The notes under the pieces: generated by a model
Databases searched by the model: none
What the model was told of the DNA's origin: nothing
What the model saw: only the letters and a program-made list of their open reading frames with translations
Shown here: one piece after another, positions 22,194 to 30,749 of the stretch
How the letters are laid out: each line of letters opens with the position of its first letter
Position numbering within the stretch: the stretch's first letter is position 1
Made by a program: the position numbers and the translations under genes
Assembly (NCBI GenBank): GCA_002726845.1
Contig: PBSP01000065.1
Coordinates: forward strand, 1-34,667
Source of the DNA: Methanobacteriota archaeon
GTDB lineage: Archaea > Thermoplasmatota > Poseidoniia > Poseidoniales > Poseidoniaceae
Direction: 5' to 3'
DNA: 34,667 nucleotides

Positions 22194-23899
22194 TGCAACC
22201 CCCACTTAGCACGAAGTTCGGTTGCGATTAAACCGGTATCTGATTCTGCAATGTTTGCTCCATCGCACAAAATCATCGACCCCTGTCCGTCGTTGATGAT
22301 GCGACCCTTCACCTCAACTTCACACCCGAGAAGTTTCTCTCGAATCGATTGTACGTACGCTGTTTTTCCGTTTGCTTGAATTTCGTCTACCATCGCACCA
22401 TGCTCGGTTTGAAGCAAAGCCAGTGCAGCGTCCTTCGCAATCAACAGGGCACAGGTCGCGGCTTTGTCGTCCAAAACCAATCGTAAGCGTACATCTTCCT
22501 TCCCTTCGACAGTCATGGTTTGGCACTTCTCATCAGAGCATTTCCCATCGCGAAGGACTCTGCGACATTCAACACAGCGCATGATGATTCCTGAATCTTC
22601 CCGCACAGAGACGATGGTTCCACGTGTTGTGATGCCGACTCGACTTGGCCCTGAAACAAGTTCGTCCAACGGGACCTCGATTTTGAGATTCTCAAGATCG
22701 ATATCACCTTCCCACGGTGTCTCTTCGAGAATTGTAAGTTGTTCCTCACGATCGATTGTGATATCGGGAATTCCCTGCCAAGCTCGAACTCTTGCGTCGG
22801 TAATACGAACCGTCATTGGCAGTTTAGAGTCATCGATTGGAAGATCAGTCCATGCACTTATCCTGCATTGACCCGTAGGGTCAGCAATTTGTCCTGACCA
22901 CAAGTAGCGCTCCTCACCATCTTTGTTGAATGTCCGCTTTTCCCATGCTGTAATGCTAACGACGATTTCAACGTCCTTGGAGCCGTCTCGAAGCGTGCTG
23001 ATGGTCGAAACCATATCTTGTTTGAGTGCATCAGTATCTGCGAAAGAAGCATCATGATACGTTTCAATTTTTGTTGTTCGTCCGAAATTAAGTTCTGGAG
23101 TGTCTCGGAATGTTTTCACTTGCGCACCGTCAATTTTGAGCAGAGTACCCACTTCGAAATCGAAAGGTTCCCAAGAAAGGAATCCGATTGCACCGGATTC
23201 ATCCGCAATCCGGCCACGGACAACGTCGATACTGCCGCTGCCATCTCTTCGGTGGATTTGGTCTGCTCGTGAAGACATAAGTCGTCCGACGATGCAAACG
23301 TATCCATCGTTTGGCAAATCTGAGATGTCGATGGGTTCTCCTGGAGCGACAACAGGACGAGATCCTTCACGCAAAACAGCAACACGAGACGATTGATTGA
23401 TGTTCAGTGACATGCGGCCTTGGTATTCATTCACCGAGGCACCTTCAATGCGGACTACAGAGCCCGGTGCAATGTTGCTGTTGTTGCCCCAATCTTTGTA
23501 TTCCCAACGTGTTCGCTCTCCGTTTCCTTCTTGCCAAGGGTCGTCCTCAATGAGCCCGAAGGCAATCGATTTCGATTCGCCGCGGACCATTTGTTCACGT
23601 ATGTTGTGAGAGATAATTTCAACTTCAATCTCGATATCGCGATCATCGGATTTTAATTCGGAAAGACGGTTGACTTTTTTTGTTGGCCGGTCGGTTTGAC
23701 CAGAGTTTGCGTTGGTCTTTGGCGCCACATCAGATTCACTCTTGAAACGTCGAATTATGGAACGTATGGCATCCTGTGGGGGGATGAAAAACTCCTCTTC
23801 GTATTTTTTGAATGCTGCTTTGACCTCTTCACGGTCTACACCAGGGCATTCTTGTAGAACTGCAGAGACATGGTCGTTGTAGCGATCCTCATCGTCCAT
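22190..23899 (-). CDS. rpa: replication protein A large subunit (multi-OB ssDNA-binding protein with zinc finger)
   Basis: 569 aa from ATG 23899 (GGAGGTGA 7 nt upstream). The track start GTG 23908 adds 3 aa. Repeated OB-fold-like segments and zinc ribbon CVECRRVLRDGKCSDEKC, followed by the RPA32-like gene. Confidence 0.85.
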   Translation of the reverse strand: MDDEDRYNDHVSAVLQECPGVDREEVKAAFKKYEEEFFIPPQDAIRSIIRRFKSESDVAPKTNANSGQTDRPTKKVNRLSELKSDDRDIEIEVEIISHNIREQMVRGESKSIAFGLIEDDPWQEGNGERTRWEYKDWGNNSNIAPGSVVRIEGASVNEYQGRMSLNINQSSRVAVLREGSRPVVAPGEPIDISDLPNDGYVCIVGRLMSSRADQIHRRDGSGSIDVVRGRIADESGAIGFLSWEPFDFEVGTLLKIDGAQVKTFRDTPELNFGRTTKIETYHDASFADTDALKQDMVSTISTLRDGSKDVEIVVSITAWEKRTFNKDGEERYLWSGQIADPTGQCRISAWTDLPIDDSKLPMTVRITDARVRAWQGIPDITIDREEQLTILEETPWEGDIDLENLKIEVPLDELVSGPSRVGITTRGTIVSVREDSGIIMRCVECRRVLRDGKCSDEKCQTMTVEGKEDVRLRLVLDDKAATCALLIAKDAALALLQTEHGAMVDEIQANGKTAYVQSIREKLLGCEVEVKGRIINDGQGSMILCDGANIAESDTGLIATELRAKWGLQ

Positions 23900-23925
23900 G
23901 ATTTTCACCTCCGCCAGGCGTAAAA

Positions 23926-23936
23926 TTTCGATTAAG
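23926..23936 (-). promoter_or_regulatory. CTTAATCGAAA box 26 nt upstream of rpa ATG (candidate TATA/BRE-like element)
   Basis: Read on the minus strand: cttaatcgaaa ttttacgcctggcggaggtgaaaatc ATG. It is one of seven related boxes listed in the findings. Confidence 0.3.
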
Positions 23937-23954
23937 CCTGTGCGGAGAACAGGC
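23936..23954 (-). terminator. hairpin GCCTGT-7 nt-ACAGGC followed (minus strand) by the U-rich TTAATCGAAATTTTA
   Basis: 6-bp stem read directly. Its position between pmbA and rpa fits either a terminator of the upstream operon or a structure overlapping the rpa promoter. Confidence 0.2.
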
Positions 23955-24024
23955 GGCGGGCTTTTGTGCGGATTGGTTAAGACGATACACTCCCATGACC
24001 TCCATGGAACCTATCAACAATGAC

Positions 24025-24047
24025 GAGGGGTCATAAACAATCCCCTC
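24025..24047 (-). terminator. GC-rich hairpin GAGGGG-11 nt-CCCCTC 7 nt downstream of the pmbA stop
   Basis: 6-bp G/C stem read directly. No strong T-tract follows, so terminator function is uncertain. Confidence 0.2.
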
Positions 24048-24053
24048 CTGTAA

Positions 24054-25457
24054 TCAGGCGGGATTTACACGCATCCCTTGCGAAAAAAGGATGTCTGAGA
24101 GGTGATTGCTCCCAGTGCTTGAAACTCCAGACGTTGTGGATTGAGGGCCAAGATGGACGCCGTTCGAAATGGCTTGGAACAAATTGCCAGAAACGCCGGC
24201 TTGTTTCAATGCTCCTAGAACTTCTCCATCTTCAACCTTGAGAATGGTGCTCGTCGTTACGGAAAAATCTCCACTCGTTGGATTTGCTGTGTGCGCTCCC
24301 ATGACACTGTGAATGATGTATCCATTGCCCATCGTTTGAATCAATTCATCTCTCGATTGTGGTTTGCGCGATGAGAGGAGTTGGACGTCACCGCATCCCG
24401 TTGTTGGTGGTGACATGTGACTTCTTCGTGTTGCAGATCCGGTTGTTGCCGCTGATTCAATTCGCCCTTCAGCCACGTTTTTTGCAGCATCTCGGGTCGA
24501 CCAAATCATCTTTCGAAGAACACCGTTTTCGACGATGGTATGGCATGATGTCGGAACGCCTTCACCATCTCGTGCGGATGACGCAAAACCACCGTCCATC
24601 CGACGATTGTCGAGCATAGTAAGATGATCATCGAGAACGGTTTCGTTCATTTTTCCAGACCAAAACGATTCTTTTCGAACCATCCTTTCTCCTAGTGCGG
24701 ATGGACGGATGATGTTGGAAAACAAGGAACTGATTCCCTGAGGAGTCATAAGGATGGCAGAATCCGTCGGTTGATTTTCCACTGGAATGGGGTTTCGAGT
24801 TTTTTGAGCCCATTCCACAGCCAATGGTACACAACTTGGGATTCCAGAAATGAGTTTACGCGATGAAGAACTTTCCCAAGCGCTGGTCATTTGCCCATCG
24901 GCTTCGATGGAGACTTGCACGCCAAGGCCATGGGACGTTGTGATTCCTGAGGCTTCAATACCTTCACTCGAAGACATCGCACTGGCCTCCACACTTGCAC
25001 CGATTCCACCTCCTATGACGACCGCCCGTTCATCGAGAGATGCAACCTCTGCAATGATGTCATCGCCTTGAGTCAACAAATCCTCGGCCGATAATTTGAG
25101 TATAGCATCGTCACTCATCCCTCCAACAGGTTGAGCGTCCTCTGCATTTGGTAGCGAAAAGTCTTTGATTTTTGGGCTTGCTTTGGCGATTGATAAAGCC
25201 TGGGAAACGGCGTGCTCTGCCCCACTTGGATCGACAAGGTGTGCGTAGCCGTATCGACCGTTTTCTACGACACGTACACCGAATCCACCCTCGCCTCCTC
25301 CTGACGCAAGAGAAATTCGACCGGCCTCGATATCCAAGGTTCGACCGTAGCCTTGAGAGGCAACAATCTCCCATTGGCTAATGCCTTGACTTTCGCACTG
25401 TTTGGCGATGATTTCACAGCCATCAAGCAACCGTTCGATAGCATCGTCTGGAATCAT
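24054..25457 (-). CDS. pmbA: PmbA/TldE family metalloprotease subunit
   Basis: 467 aa. C-terminal TSGDFSVTTSTILKVEDGEVLGALKQAGVSGNLFQAI matches the sGdFsf...eG..ienG......v.isGn motif. Starts 3 nt after the tldD stop. Confidence 0.85.
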   Translation of the reverse strand: MIPDDAIERLLDGCEIIAKQCESQGISQWEIVASQGYGRTLDIEAGRISLASGGGEGGFGVRVVENGRYGYAHLVDPSGAEHAVSQALSIAKASPKIKDFSLPNAEDAQPVGGMSDDAILKLSAEDLLTQGDDIIAEVASLDERAVVIGGGIGASVEASAMSSSEGIEASGITTSHGLGVQVSIEADGQMTSAWESSSSRKLISGIPSCVPLAVEWAQKTRNPIPVENQPTDSAILMTPQGISSLFSNIIRPSALGERMVRKESFWSGKMNETVLDDHLTMLDNRRMDGGFASSARDGEGVPTSCHTIVENGVLRKMIWSTRDAAKNVAEGRIESAATTGSATRRSHMSPPTTGCGDVQLLSSRKPQSRDELIQTMGNGYIIHSVMGAHTANPTSGDFSVTTSTILKVEDGEVLGALKQAGVSGNLFQAISNGVHLGPQSTTSGVSSTGSNHLSDILFSQGMRVNPA

Positions 25458-25460
25458 CGC

Positions 25461-26900
25461 TCATCCCACCAAAGCTTCCCGGATGCGCATGATTGGACCA
25501 CCATCACCAACCGGAATGGTTTGTCCTTTGCCACATATACCAGGGCTTGCGAGTCGCGCGTCTTTTGTCAATCCGTCAACGTCGTTGAGGATTTGAAGTG
25601 TTAAACCGCTTATGCTTACGTCTCGAAGCGGTTTCGTGATTTCGCCGTTTTCGATGAGATACGCTTCCTGAGCGGCGAATTGGAAGGAGCCACGACCCGT
25701 ATCTACTTGCCCACCTCTGGTGCCGCAAGCATACACGCCGTAGTGAATGTCTTCCACAAGTTCATCGATGTCGTTGAATGAACCGCCCATGATCATGGTG
25801 TTTGACATACGCACCAGTGGATGATGCAATCCGTCTTGTGCACGAGCTCCTGCATTCGGTTCAATTCCAAAATGGTGAGCAGTTTCTCGATGGTTGAGAT
25901 ATTCTGTCAAAATTCCGTTCTTGATGAGCGTCTTTTTGACGGTTTCCAATCCTTCATCATCGATTGGATAGGAGCCATAACCGCCTCGAATTGTTGGATC
26001 GTCGATGACGGTGACGATTTCGTTGCCAATTTTTTGGCCGAGTTTTCCGTCCAAACATGAATCGCCAGCAGCGACAAGATCTGCCTCACATGGATGACCC
26101 AGTGCTTCGTGAATGTAGACTCCAGTTAAATCTCGGTCGGCGACCAATGGCAACTTGCCGCTTGGGGCACGTTCTGATTTGAGCAATCGAAGTGCAGATA
26201 TGCGGGCCTGCTCACCAAGCTCGCCGAGGTCGCACGCCTCGATAAGTTCGAGCCCACCCTCGCCTCCATGACGCATTCTATAGGACACAGGTGCGCCTCC
26301 GTCACGGGCTGTAACCATGCCGTTGACCAGCGAGCGCTGGAACGACCATGTTCGGTCCATGCCTTCGGTTGTCAAAAGTTCCGTATGCAAATGCTCATCA
26401 GACCAGCCACATGATACTGAGATAATGCGTTCGTCATCGTTTGCAGAATGATGAATCGATTGCAGCATTTCCAACTTGGTTTCCAAGCTTGTGTCGCGAA
26501 CGTCTTTTTTCGGCCTCCAATGGATTTCATCTTCAAGCACTGGAATTTCGGCGAGTTGGATGGGTTTGGAGCCGCTCGGTCGACGGGCAGCAACCGCACG
26601 TGCGAGTTTGACAGTTGCTTCGATTTCATTGGGAATGTTGGAAACATCTGTGGTGGAATGAACCCCCCATGCGCCATCTGCAAGTATTCGTAGCGTCGCT
26701 CCAATTTCTTGCCCCGGGATTGCGTGTTCCAATTGTCCATCTTTGAGACGAACCGATGAGGTTGTCTCAGCCATCAATCGGATTTCAGCATAACTTGCTC
26801 CGAAACCCAAAGCTTGCTCAAGCGCATTGTTCATTCGGGTACGATCGAGATACTTGCTTGAGCGAACGTGGTCCGGCGCATTTTGAGATTGGATGACCAT
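25461..26900 (-). CDS. tldD: TldD family metalloprotease
   Basis: HEALGH (HExxxH) motif, then GRGSFQFAAQEAYLIENGEITKPLRDVSISG. ATG 26900 has AAGGA 7 nt upstream. TTG 26942 (track start) and ATG 26834 are alternatives. Confidence 0.9.
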   Translation of the reverse strand: MVIQSQNAPDHVRSSKYLDRTRMNNALEQALGFGASYAEIRLMAETTSSVRLKDGQLEHAIPGQEIGATLRILADGAWGVHSTTDVSNIPNEIEATVKLARAVAARRPSGSKPIQLAEIPVLEDEIHWRPKKDVRDTSLETKLEMLQSIHHSANDDERIISVSCGWSDEHLHTELLTTEGMDRTWSFQRSLVNGMVTARDGGAPVSYRMRHGGEGGLELIEACDLGELGEQARISALRLLKSERAPSGKLPLVADRDLTGVYIHEALGHPCEADLVAAGDSCLDGKLGQKIGNEIVTVIDDPTIRGGYGSYPIDDEGLETVKKTLIKNGILTEYLNHRETAHHFGIEPNAGARAQDGLHHPLVRMSNTMIMGGSFNDIDELVEDIHYGVYACGTRGGQVDTGRGSFQFAAQEAYLIENGEITKPLRDVSISGLTLQILNDVDGLTKDARLASPGICGKGQTIPVGDGGPIMRIREALVG

Positions 26901-26960
26901 GAGCGTCCTTGTACAGGGGGGTGTTTGAACTCTTTGCTCCAACCATTGAGACGTTCTTCT

Positions 26961-26970
26961 TTTCGATTAA
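26961..26970 (-). promoter_or_regulatory. TTAATCGAAA box upstream of tldD
   Basis: Lies 18 nt upstream of TTG 26942 and 60 nt upstream of ATG 26900. Confidence 0.3.
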
Positions 26971-27014
26971 TGTGATGCGACTGTGAAATCACAACCGTTC
27001 TTTTGACCAATCCG

Positions 27015-27566
27015 TTATTGGGCGTTGCCAACATCGGAGAGGAGAATATGACCGATCAAAGAGGCTTCGATGCGGCTTGAATCAAGAGAGTCATCCAAGG
27101 AGATGCCAAGGGCTCGAGCGCCGTTTGCATCGATTTTTAGGATTTCAGAAGTCATGTCCAGACCCAGATTTGTTAGCAGGCTCTCAGCATGATGTTTCAT
27201 TGATTCGACATCCAACGCTGAGGATTGGTCGGGAATATGGAGAAGCCAACCTGCAGTCGATCCGTTTGCAAGACCTGCCCGTTTGAAAGCCTCAGAAACA
27301 TTGTGCGTTCCTGCAAGAACTCTCAAAAATTCAGCATCGAGGGAACGTGCTTGCGCTGTCCCACGTTCTGTATTTCGGTTGCTTACGGTTGTAGCCGTCC
27401 ACAATTGACGGGTTGTTTGAGCGACTTCAGACCTACAGAAAACCCAGCGGTTGTTTGGTACGATCTTTTGAAATGTCTTAACGAAGGAAGACAAATCGAT
27501 AGGCTCCTTACTCTCCCATGACCAACATGGAAATGTATCCCACATTGCAAAGACCTGTACCATCAT
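27015..27566 (-). CDS. cgi121: probable KEOPS subunit Cgi121
   Basis: RSLDAEFLRVLAGTHNVSEAFKRAGLANGSTAGWLLHI parallels the archaeal Cgi121 core (as I recall M. jannaschii: KSFWMEILVRASGQRQIHEAIKIIGAKDGNVCLIC). 183 aa. Starts 12 nt after the hel308 stop. Confidence 0.45.
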   Translation of the reverse strand: MMVQVFAMWDTFPCWSWESKEPIDLSSFVKTFQKIVPNNRWVFCRSEVAQTTRQLWTATTVSNRNTERGTAQARSLDAEFLRVLAGTHNVSEAFKRAGLANGSTAGWLLHIPDQSSALDVESMKHHAESLLTNLGLDMTSEILKIDANGARALGISLDDSLDSSRIEASLIGHILLSDVGNAQ

Positions 27567-27578
27567 TGGTCATGAACT

Positions 27579-30155
27579 CTACGCCCAATCCTCTCCATCG
27601 AGCGGCAAATCGTCACTTCGATTCTTCCTCGGAGCCTGACGTTGTTCAATTTGAGCGACCTTTTTCACTTCGGTTAATATGTTCTCAACGAGCTTTGGAC
27701 CCCACCCTCTCCATGATGCGATTTTTTGTCGGTCCCCTCGAGTCATTGCCAGCACGTCTTTTGGTGTCCGTATTCCAATGGATGCAAGCGAACGAGCCCG
27801 CTGCCTCCCCACGTGACGGATTTTGACCAGTCTCAACAAGTCAGCCTTGCATCCGTGACGAACACGTTGTCGAAGGGTATCAAGAGCAGTGGATAACTCA
27901 GCAATGATCGGCATGTGTTCATCAGCAAAGACGTCATCGGTGAGAAGGATTTCACGGCCAGCATACAGCAACCATTCCATCAAATCCACACGATGATGAA
28001 CGTCACCTGGAGAAACGTCGAGTTGCTTCTCAATATCTCTTAGGGTCTCTTCCTCAAACCAGTGTTCCAAACACCATGCAGATTTAACGAGGCCAAGATG
28101 GCGCTCTTCGTATGGAATATCGTGCAGGAGCTCATCTTCGACTGCAGCAGCTTTCAATTGCAAATCTGAGCCGAATGTGAGGTCGGCTGTCTTTGCCCAC
28201 AGAGAAGCAAAATCCGGTGTGCTGCATGCAAGGTGAGTCAATCCAAATTCACTTACAGGACCGTCTTGACGAACCATCCGTCGAACGGCACGACGCATGC
28301 CTGTGCGCAAAATCGATGCCGATAGCGGATCGAGATACAACTGTGCGACGCGCTCACCAATAGGGGTCGCCTCATATTTCATCGCAGGTGGTTCGATGGT
28401 TGCATCATTCCACCCACCGACGTTGTTGAGCGATGTTGCAGAGACAAATCCGAGGGAGGGTTTGCCGTGCGATGAACGCAGCGGTGCGGTTGTGGTTTCT
28501 TCATTGAGCGTAACACCTCCCGAATCCTGAGCCACGCTTACCCATGAGGGAACCTCATCATCCCATGTCTCATCTTCATCAATCGCCTGGTTCTGGCGTC
28601 GTAATTCGTATGAATCATCCACTCCGAGCCTCCTGAGAAAACGTTCCTCAACCAACCAATCCAGCATAGAATCGAGACGTTCTTGCAATTGGTTGGTGGG
28701 CATGGTTGCACCCAAGAACGTCGCATCGAAGAACGAACCGATCGCTTCTCGATGAACCAAGCCTCCAGTCGCAACACAAGACAGGAGATGCATTCTCATT
28801 GCAGGCTCAGCGGACAACTTTGAGGATATGTCTTCGATGGGGCCGAAGAAATAACGCTCGCTGACATCGTCAGCAACTTGCCAACCGTCCGTTCCCTTGC
28901 ACAAAACCCATGCCTCACCAATGGGGTCATAACGAGGCCTTCCTGCACGGCCAAGCATTTGGTGCACTTCCATTACCGGTAAAGGGCGGCTCATGCCATC
29001 GTCCCAACGTTTGATGTCACGAACCAGAACCCGGCGGGCAGGAAGGTTGACGCCGGCAGCAAGTGTTGGAGTTGCGCACAAAGCTAGGACAAGACCGTCT
29101 TTGAAAGCGGATTCAATGGTCTGCCGTTGACGGTGTGTAAGGCCTGCATGATGGAAGGCTACGCCTCCACGTAGGCACTGTGCAAGGAGTTCACCCATAC
29201 TGGTTTGCGTTCTTCCCTCGAGGGATTCTGCGAGTTTATCCAACTCAAGCAAACGCTCTGGATCGTCTTTGGCGAAGCGTTTTTTCACCCGTTCGGACAG
29301 TTTCTTGGCTTCAGATTGCGCACTTCGTCGAGTCCCAACAAAAATCAGGACTTGTCCACCGTGTTCGATGGTGTCTTGAACAACAATCCAGGTTGGATGG
29401 CTGAGAGGTCCCTCGAGATGTCGGGGAGGCGACAGTGCTTGTGTGGATGAATCAACCGATGAGGATTGTATTTTTCGTGGTTCTAAGTGCCGGTCATGTA
29501 GGGTAGCATACTCTAAATCCACCGGACGCCAGTCGGATTGAACCAAACTCGCATCAAGCCATTCGGCGAGTGCTTCGCAATTTCCGACCGTTGCTGATAA
29601 TGCAATCAGTTGAGCATTCGGTCGCAAGGTGCGTAACCTGGTCAGGTTGATCTCAAGAGTCGGTCCACGAGAACCGTCGTGCAACAGATGGAATTCGTCT
29701 GCAACCACGATGGATACGTTGCTCATCAATTCGGAGCGCGTTCTCATCAACGAATCCAACTTTTCAGATGTGCAGATGAGTATGTCAGAATCATCGATGT
29801 TTTTGGCTTCGGCAGTCGCATCACCAATTCCAAGTCCGACCTTCAGTCCCAAATGCTGCCCCAACGTCTTCAGTTCATCGAATTTTTCACTCGCGAGAGC
29901 TTTGAGAGGTACGATGTAAACGGCTCTCGATCCAGGATTTACGGTAAGGAGTTGATTGATAATCGCTATGTAAGCAACGAGTGACTTGCCTGAAGCAGTT
30001 GGAATTGCGAGCAAGATATTGTTCCGTTCAAACAATGGCTTCATTGCATCATGTTGGGGAGGATGCAAACGTTCGATTCCCCAATTCGTTGCAAAAAATT
30101 CGATGGCTTGAACAGGCAAAGAAAGGTTTCGTAGATGCCTTTCTCCCTCGCCCAT
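27579..30155 (-). CDS. hel308: Hel308/Hjm (Ski2-like) DNA helicase
   Basis: SF2 motifs are Walker A AIPTASGKS, motif II VADEFHLL, motif III LSATVGN and motif VI HHAGLTHRQR. A C-terminal HhH-like region follows (IRHVGRQRARSLASIGI). ATG 30155 was chosen because the track start at 30254 would overlap the divergent gene at 30243. Confidence 0.9.
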   Translation of the reverse strand: MGEGERHLRNLSLPVQAIEFFATNWGIERLHPPQHDAMKPLFERNNILLAIPTASGKSLVAYIAIINQLLTVNPGSRAVYIVPLKALASEKFDELKTLGQHLGLKVGLGIGDATAEAKNIDDSDILICTSEKLDSLMRTRSELMSNVSIVVADEFHLLHDGSRGPTLEINLTRLRTLRPNAQLIALSATVGNCEALAEWLDASLVQSDWRPVDLEYATLHDRHLEPRKIQSSSVDSSTQALSPPRHLEGPLSHPTWIVVQDTIEHGGQVLIFVGTRRSAQSEAKKLSERVKKRFAKDDPERLLELDKLAESLEGRTQTSMGELLAQCLRGGVAFHHAGLTHRQRQTIESAFKDGLVLALCATPTLAAGVNLPARRVLVRDIKRWDDGMSRPLPVMEVHQMLGRAGRPRYDPIGEAWVLCKGTDGWQVADDVSERYFFGPIEDISSKLSAEPAMRMHLLSCVATGGLVHREAIGSFFDATFLGATMPTNQLQERLDSMLDWLVEERFLRRLGVDDSYELRRQNQAIDEDETWDDEVPSWVSVAQDSGGVTLNEETTTAPLRSSHGKPSLGFVSATSLNNVGGWNDATIEPPAMKYEATPIGERVAQLYLDPLSASILRTGMRRAVRRMVRQDGPVSEFGLTHLACSTPDFASLWAKTADLTFGSDLQLKAAAVEDELLHDIPYEERHLGLVKSAWCLEHWFEEETLRDIEKQLDVSPGDVHHRVDLMEWLLYAGREILLTDDVFADEHMPIIAELSTALDTLRQRVRHGCKADLLRLVKIRHVGRQRARSLASIGIRTPKDVLAMTRGDRQKIASWRGWGPKLVENILTEVKKVAQIEQRQAPRKNRSDDLPLDGEDWA

Positions 30156-30242
30156 GACCGTAGGTTGTGCCAACGGCTGAAAAGGAATGCGCTTTGTCCT
30201 CGATGCCGACACGCATAAGACCTTCCAGTCTCTACGGAGTTT

Positions 30243-30749
30243 ATGGACGACCAATCCGAACTCTTAGTCGAACAACGCCTGTCTGTGTTTTCTGATGAAC
30301 CTGATCTCAACGATTGGTTCGAAGTCATGTGCGGTGCTGCCATGGCCGTTCTCGGTCTTTTTCATCTCGTGACACCCGGTGAGTTGGTTGACCCTGATTT
30401 GATGCGATGGTTTGCAGCAGCTGTTATTGCGGCTGGGGCAGTTTGGGCCGGTCACGGACTCAAGGACATGGCTGTCAAGGAGATGCGACGTTCTGCGGCT
30501 ATGATGGAGTTGACCGCATCCGCAGCATCGCAAGGAAGCGTCGATCACGGTCTCATTCGTGATGTCCTCCTTAATCCTGACGCGTACAAAGAATTCCTCA
30601 CAAAGGCGTACGAAGAAGCATGGGAAGATGGTATCATTACCGAAGATGAACTCATCGACTTGAAGCGGTTCCAAAGTGCGTTGGGAATCAGCGATGAAGA
30701 CGCAGAGGACATCTCCGAGAAGGCAAAGAAGACATCCTCAGAAGACTGA
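30243..30749 (+). CDS. hypothetical membrane protein, two TM helices plus acidic TerB/DjlA-N-like C-terminal region
   Basis: TMs are MCGAAMAVLGLFHLV and WFAAAVIAAGAVWAG. C-terminus is EDGIITEDELIDLKRFQSALGISDEDAEDISEKA (the dG.i...E...l..i...LgiS pattern). Family assignment is tentative. Confidence 0.5.
   Translation: MDDQSELLVEQRLSVFSDEPDLNDWFEVMCGAAMAVLGLFHLVTPGELVDPDLMRWFAAAVIAAGAVWAGHGLKDMAVKEMRRSAAMMELTASAASQGSVDHGLIRDVLLNPDAYKEFLTKAYEEAWEDGIITEDELIDLKRFQSALGISDEDAEDISEKAKKTSSED

Noticed and set aside
26901-26942. N-terminal extensions offered by the ORF track for tldD (TTG 26942), hel308 (30254), rpl10e (2787), the 413-aa protein (2741) and the 117-aa protein (21316)
   Set aside because: Each extension overlaps a neighbouring gene or its start, adds non-conserved residues, and bypasses an internal ATG with a better-placed GGAGG-like sequence. 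The tldD case remains ambiguous, because the TTAATCGAAA box lies 18 nt upstream of TTG 26942.
27579-30254. Intein or mobile insertion explaining the extra length of Hel308 (and of MutS)
   Set aside because: There are no intein splice-junction signatures (a Cys/Ser/Thr following a His-Asn block) or homing-endonuclease motifs. The extra residues are low-complexity acidic/Ser-Thr linkers, and MutS length is normal for MutS1.
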